Of a stretch of DNA of 64,000 nt, positions 58,901 through 64,000 are shown in pieces. The notes beneath the pieces are model-generated. The model searched no databases and was not told the origin of the DNA. It saw only the letters and a list, made by a program, of their open reading frames with translations. A program made the translations under genes and the position numbers. Position 1 is the first letter of the stretch, and each line of letters begins with the position of its first letter. Origin of the DNA: Eledone cirrhosa (taxonomy: Eukaryota); the NCBI GenBank assembly GCA_964016885.1, contig OZ024741.1, forward strand, positions 223,386,001 through 223,450,000. Reading direction: 5' to 3'.

Positions 58901-60187
58901 AATCTGGTCGCATCGACTGAGATATATATATATATAAACACACACACACATACCCATATGATGGGCTTCTACACAATTTTTGTCAACCTCATTCCACTTA
59001 TAAGGCATTGGTCAACTTGACACTATAATGTGTCGCACATTAGGGACGAACGCAGACCACAGGATTCTGAAGCAAACTTCTTAACAACACAGCTATGCCA
59101 GTACCTTAGAGATAATGTTTTACTTAAGATCCTGCTGTCATTAGCAATTATGAAATCTTAGTTCTGTTGGTGACCTAAACATGTGAATGTTAATTATTCA
59201 AGTGCTAACCAATCAGAATTCTCTTTGACATAACAATTTGGCAGTTGATCAAGAATGTGTTCTGAATCTGTCAAAATTGTTTTATTATTTAACTGAAACA
59301 GCTTACATTCTCTTAAATAAAATGACACTTGCACATACACATTCATACATATATATGTACACACACACACGTAAGCATGCTTCTCTGTATCTCTGTGTAG
59401 ATATATTTGTGTGTGTGTCAAGATAAATTAATGATAAATATATTTATCTGATGCTATTACACAATAGTCAGTTGCTGAGCTTCCATGATATGATTAGAGA
59501 TATCTATTAATGAGTGGCTAGACCTATTATCAGAAAAAACTAATACCTGTTTCAAGTCAGAGCTGACCTGGGGCTAAACAATAGCAAAAGCACTTCACTC
59601 AAACACATGCATGATTTCTTTCCAGATTGTCTAGATGCATTATTAAACTTTAAAGTACCAGTAATGCACTGGGTAATTGCTGGCCTTGTGCCAAAAGTAG
59701 AAACAATTATTATACCCAGTTAATAATAGAGCGGTGGATTGGCAGTATCGATAGAGCATCAGACACCATGCTTTGCAGCATAGAGTTATGAGTTCAAATC
59801 CTACAGAAGTTAACTTTGCCTTTTATCCTTACGGGGTCGATAAAATAAAGCACCAGTAATACACTGGAGTAATTGCTGGCCTTGTGCCAAATGTAGAAAC
59901 AATTATTTTACTGAGTTAATCTGTATAGAACTGGTACTTATTTTGATGAACCTTGCTAAGTGATGTAAAGCAAAGCTTTACTTTGTCAAAATCATAGATA
60001 TTGCTTCCACTTTTGGGCATCTCAATGATAATAATAATAATTGTTTCTGATTTAGGCACAATGCCAGCAATTTGAAAGGAGGGAAAAGTCAACTACATTG
60101 ACTCCCAGTACTTGACTGATAATATAATAATTTTGTTTCTGAATTTGTTTAGCAAGATTCTTTATCTGAAATCGTGTGTTGAAACCG

Positions 60188-60840
60188 ATATTGTTATACT
60201 TTGGGAGGGTCATGTTGCCAATAAGAAACACACGCACCAGTTGCTTTCACTTCAATTTATTATAAATTTATAAATTTAGGAATTTATAAATTTCTGGTTG
60301 GTTGGTTGGTTCCACAACCAGATAGTTGTTTATATATTGTCAAAGTTCTTTCGTCACACATTCTGTGACCTCTTCAGTGACTGGGGATTCTTTTCTTTGT
60401 TTTTGTGCCTCTCCTTTGTTCTGTCCTACGCCATTTTGTTTCTGTGTGTGTGTTGTGTGCTCAGTCTGCGCATGCGCCACATCCGGGTGTCTGTGTGTGT
60501 TTATATTTGTTTATTTACATGTTACCGGTTGGTTGTTTGTTCTATGTGTGTGTGTTTTCATTTTGTCCTTAATTGTAAGTTGTGATGTTGCTGTTCCACT
60601 CATATTTTCTATTTAATTTTGGTTGTAATTCTTTTATGTTTATTGCCTCTGTGATTTGTCTAAACATTGCGTCATTTCTGTGTGTAGATTCTATTTTTAT
60701 TTCTATGTTCTCTAATTTACCCTTGTGTTCTATTTTAGCATGTTGGTAGAGTACAGATGATTCTTTACTATCTTGAAGGTCTCGCCAGTGTTCATTTATC
60801 CGTTCCCCTACACTACGAGCTGTCTCACCTATGTACACTA
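60188..60840 (-). mobile_element. Penelope-like element 3' end: GIY-YIG endonuclease C-terminus + pLTR
   Basis: ORF 60569-60838: YIGETARSVGERINEH..SVLYQH..RQITEAINIKELQPKLNRKYEW. Confidence 0.88.
60339..60381 (-). ncRNA. Minimal hammerhead-like motif in Penelope pLTR
   Basis: GTCA-CTGAAGA-gGTCACagaatgtGTGAC-GAAA-GAAC-TT-TGAC. Confidence 0.55.
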
Positions 60841-61290
60841 TATATAATAATTGTTTCTACTATTGACCCGAGGCCAGCAATTTGAAAGGAAGGAGGAAAA
60901 GTCTATTAAATTGACTCCAGTAGTTGACTGGTATTTTACTTTATTAACCCTGTAAGGCAGGATTTGAACTCAAAACATAAAGGGTCCTAACTCTATGCTG
61001 TAAAGCATGTTGTTTGGTGTTCTACCAGTAATAATAATGGCCAGAAATTTTGAGGGAGAGGAAAGTCGATTAAATCGACCCTGTAAGGGTGAAAGGCAAA
61101 GCTAACCTCAGCGGCATTTCAACTCAGACCGTAAAGAGCCGTAACTCTATGCTGTAAAGCATGATGTCCGACCCTCTACCGATACTGGATGATTTTTTTT
61201 ATATGCCACAAGGGCATTGGATGAAGGAGGCATTACACGACAAGTGACAGCATTAAGGTGGGAGTATATATAGAAATGTGAAAAATGGGT

Positions 61291-61651
61291 AACAAGTATA
61301 CATAGTTAACAAATTAGGTATACAACATTGCTTCAAATAGTCCCATCAAACCCATGCCAGCATGAAAAGTCAGTGTAAAAAACAAGTATACATAGTGAAC
61401 AAATTAGGTATACAACATTGCTTCAAATAGTCCCATCAAACCCATGCCAGCATGAAAAGTCAGTGTAAAAAACAAGTATACATAGTGAACAAATTAGGTA
61501 TACAACATTGCTTCAAATAGTCCCATCAAACCCATGCCAGCATGAAAAGTCAGTGTAAAAAACAAGTATACATAGTGAACAAATTAGGTATACAACATTG
61601 CTTCAAATAGTCCCATCAAACCCATGCCAGCATGGAAAAGTCAGTGTAAAA
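61291..61651. repeat. 90-bp tandem repeat, 4 copies
   Basis: Period of 90 by direct inspection; the unit ends in a SINE/RTE 3' motif. Confidence 0.95.
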
Positions 61652-61914
61652 ATGATGATGGTAGTATACAATAAAATGAGACATTCAGTCCTGGTACAGA
61701 GAGGTATACCAGGGGCTAATTGAAGAACGCCACAAATCCACAATCAACCTGACCACTAAGTGGGTGTGCTCTCTATCAACTGTCATTGTCTGACCTATAG
61801 GGTCATGCTGAGAGTAGACTCATTTACTCTTGCCATTTTTACTACTTTCACTTACCTTTTAGTAAATTTAATGGAGAAGAGTACTTCATTCTTCATTCTC
61901 ACCTTTCTTTCCAG

Positions 61915-61934
61915 GTGAAACTTATAAAAAGTTG
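61915..61934 (+). other. Candidate 20-nt micro-exon
   Basis: Strong pyrimidine tract CTTCATTCTCACCTTTCTTTCCAG| then ...TTG|GTGAGA. Confidence 0.35.
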
Positions 61935-62349
61935 GTGAGAGTTTGACTGACAAGGAATAATAATAATTGTTTCTACTTTTGGCACAAGGCCAGCAATTAC
62001 ACAGTACATTACTGGTACTTTATTTTATCGACCCCGTAAGGATGAAAGGCAAAGTTAACCTCGGCGGGATTTGAACTCAGACTTTAAAGGGACGTAACTA
62101 TGCTAGAAAGGAATAATAATAATTGTTTCTACTTTTGGCACAAGGCCAGCAATTACCCAGTGCATTACTGGTACTTTATTTTATCGAAAGGAATAATAAT
62201 ATTTTCTAACATTAGTTTCAAAGCCAAACATTTGAGAGGATTGCATCAGCTCCCAGTCTTGGCTAAGAAGAGAGTTCACGAAGATTACTTTGATCCAAGT
62301 ATTTGAGTGGGTGGAGAAATCAATACATCAATATATATAAGCATGAAGT

Positions 62350-62480
62350 AGCAGAATAGCAAGATTGGAACGTTAACAGCCCATCTGAAGGAGCCTCGCG
62401 AGGTGGAGTGGCTGTTGCAGTGGGAGTCGCTGGCCATTTTTCATGGGAATGCTTTTGCAGGCTTGTTCCCAGGGCATAGC
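62350..62480 (+). mobile_element. CRE-clade LINE RLE C-terminal fragment
   Basis: KEPREVEWLLQWESLAIFHGNAFAGL, homologous to EPRELEWLFQRVSLAVLRGNAFSIL at ~11050-11130. Confidence 0.75.
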
Positions 62481-64000
62481 CCCAACACCGCAGCTCCCTA
62501 GGCCAAGAGCCCATCAGTGTCCCCCTTCCTCCTCCCATTCTTCTGTAATAGTAGAGCCCTTGCTTTTCTCTTCCTTTTCCATTTTCATAACCACAAAAGA
62601 CACTTGCATTTTTTTACAATAAAACATTTTATGATCAGTAATAGAATGTCAATCAAAAATATGGTGCTATTTGGTTACATCTCATGTGGCTGAGATCAAC
62701 TTTGTCTTTTGTCCTTATAAAGTCAATAAAAAATACCTTATAAAATACTGAGAGTTGATATAATTGATAGAAGGCTATGTATTAGCATGTCTACAATCTA
62801 ATGACAGAACCCAATAAAAGAATGAAATAAAACAGATTATGTTAGTATGTGCATGTGTCTTTTTATCACAACTCATTGGTTAAACCTTTTGTTACCAAAC
62901 GACCTGGTTCTATGATACAAAATTGTTTACCTGAAAGTGTTTATATCTACCTAAAACCCTTCCATCATAATTTTATTTATGAAGCTTTGTTATGCTATAT
63001 TCCAGAGAAAGTTAATTATATTTCTAAATACCTTCAAATTCTTCATTATTTTCAAAATTATTTGAAAATTATATACAGTATCTTTCATGAGGAATATTGT
63101 AATAAAAAGCCTTTTGAACCTTTTGTGTCTCTTTCAGTTCTTTTACATAAATAGAAGTATAATATCTTATGCATTTGATTAGTTCACTGTTACTATTGAG
63201 ATTGGCCAACAAACAATAAAAAATTTAATAAAATGACAATATTCGGTAGTAGTATCGGCCAAGCATCGGACAGCATGCTTTGCAGCATATAGTTGCGGCC
63301 CTTTATGTTCTGAGTTCAAATCTCACCAAGGTTAGCTTTGCCTTTCATCCTTATGGGGTCAATAAAATAAAGCACCAGTAATGCACTGGGGTCGATTTAA
63401 ATTGATTTTCCCTTCCCCCAAATTTGTTGGCCTTGTGCCTAAATCAGAAACCATTATTTTTCAGATATATCTGATGTCCATATAGAATAGAGCCCATCAT
63501 TTAGTTATTCACATATAGTATACTAACAACTTCATATCAAATGCTGTTGCATTTGATATGAAGGTTTGGAAACCTTTTAAATACCAATAATGTTCTGTTC
63601 TGTACTCAGTACAAATAAAGATTTTCTTTTGTGGATAATTGGTAGAGCCCAACAAAAGGAAATCAATATATCCATTAGCTATGCCAACAGGAGTGTTTGA
63701 TGCTGTTTAAAGCTTCCATTGTTACCTTTGATCGATAATCGCTGAAATCCTCAACAGCATCTACACTTCCTGTTTATATTTATTCAGATTTTGTTCTGTG
63801 CTGGTTTCTGGAAACAGCAAACAAAAGCTAGATTGTACCTTTTGTTATATCTTATCATATTGTGATTTTTAGTACAGTTTGTTTAGCTCATTGCCAAGTG
63901 ACAACATAAAAGATGAATCTAATGTATTGTTGTGCACAGAACTTTGAAGGGACTCTACTTACCTCTAGTTTCATAATGTTAAGCAGATGAGAAATACTCC

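Noticed and set aside
58687-59008. Poly-Q/N/T coding exon on the minus strand
   Set aside because: Open in several frames; explained by a trinucleotide repeat.

Overview
AT-rich, repeat-dominated eukaryotic DNA. The SINE and LINE families most resemble octopus/coleoid cephalopod sequence, which is an inference from recognised motifs. There are no prokaryotic genes, rRNA/tRNA genes or CRISPR arrays, and nearly all long ORFs in the track are artefacts of (TA)n, (GA)n or minisatellite sequence. DNA elements: a Tc1/mariner transposase running off the left edge, two non-autonomous Helitron-like elements and several MITEs. Retroelements: six CRE-clade (RLE-endonuclease) LINE pieces, two long degenerate RTE LINEs with a PHD-like finger inside the RT, CR1-like and Hero-like fragments, a Penelope GIY-YIG fragment and many SINEs. 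Tandem repeats: 33-, 38- and 90-bp arrays and a ~20.5-kb TA-rich microsatellite field with small retro-insertions. A candidate CRE/TATA promoter has possible non-coding exons. Main discoveries: (1) a series of Penelope-type tails with hammerhead-ribozyme motifs, including an intact back-to-back pair at 6212-6319; (2) a SINE copy with dense T>C/A>G hypermutation at 58554-58670; (3) a PHD finger inserted in RTE reverse transcriptases; (4) a ~600-bp bipartite RTE derivative living in the TA field.
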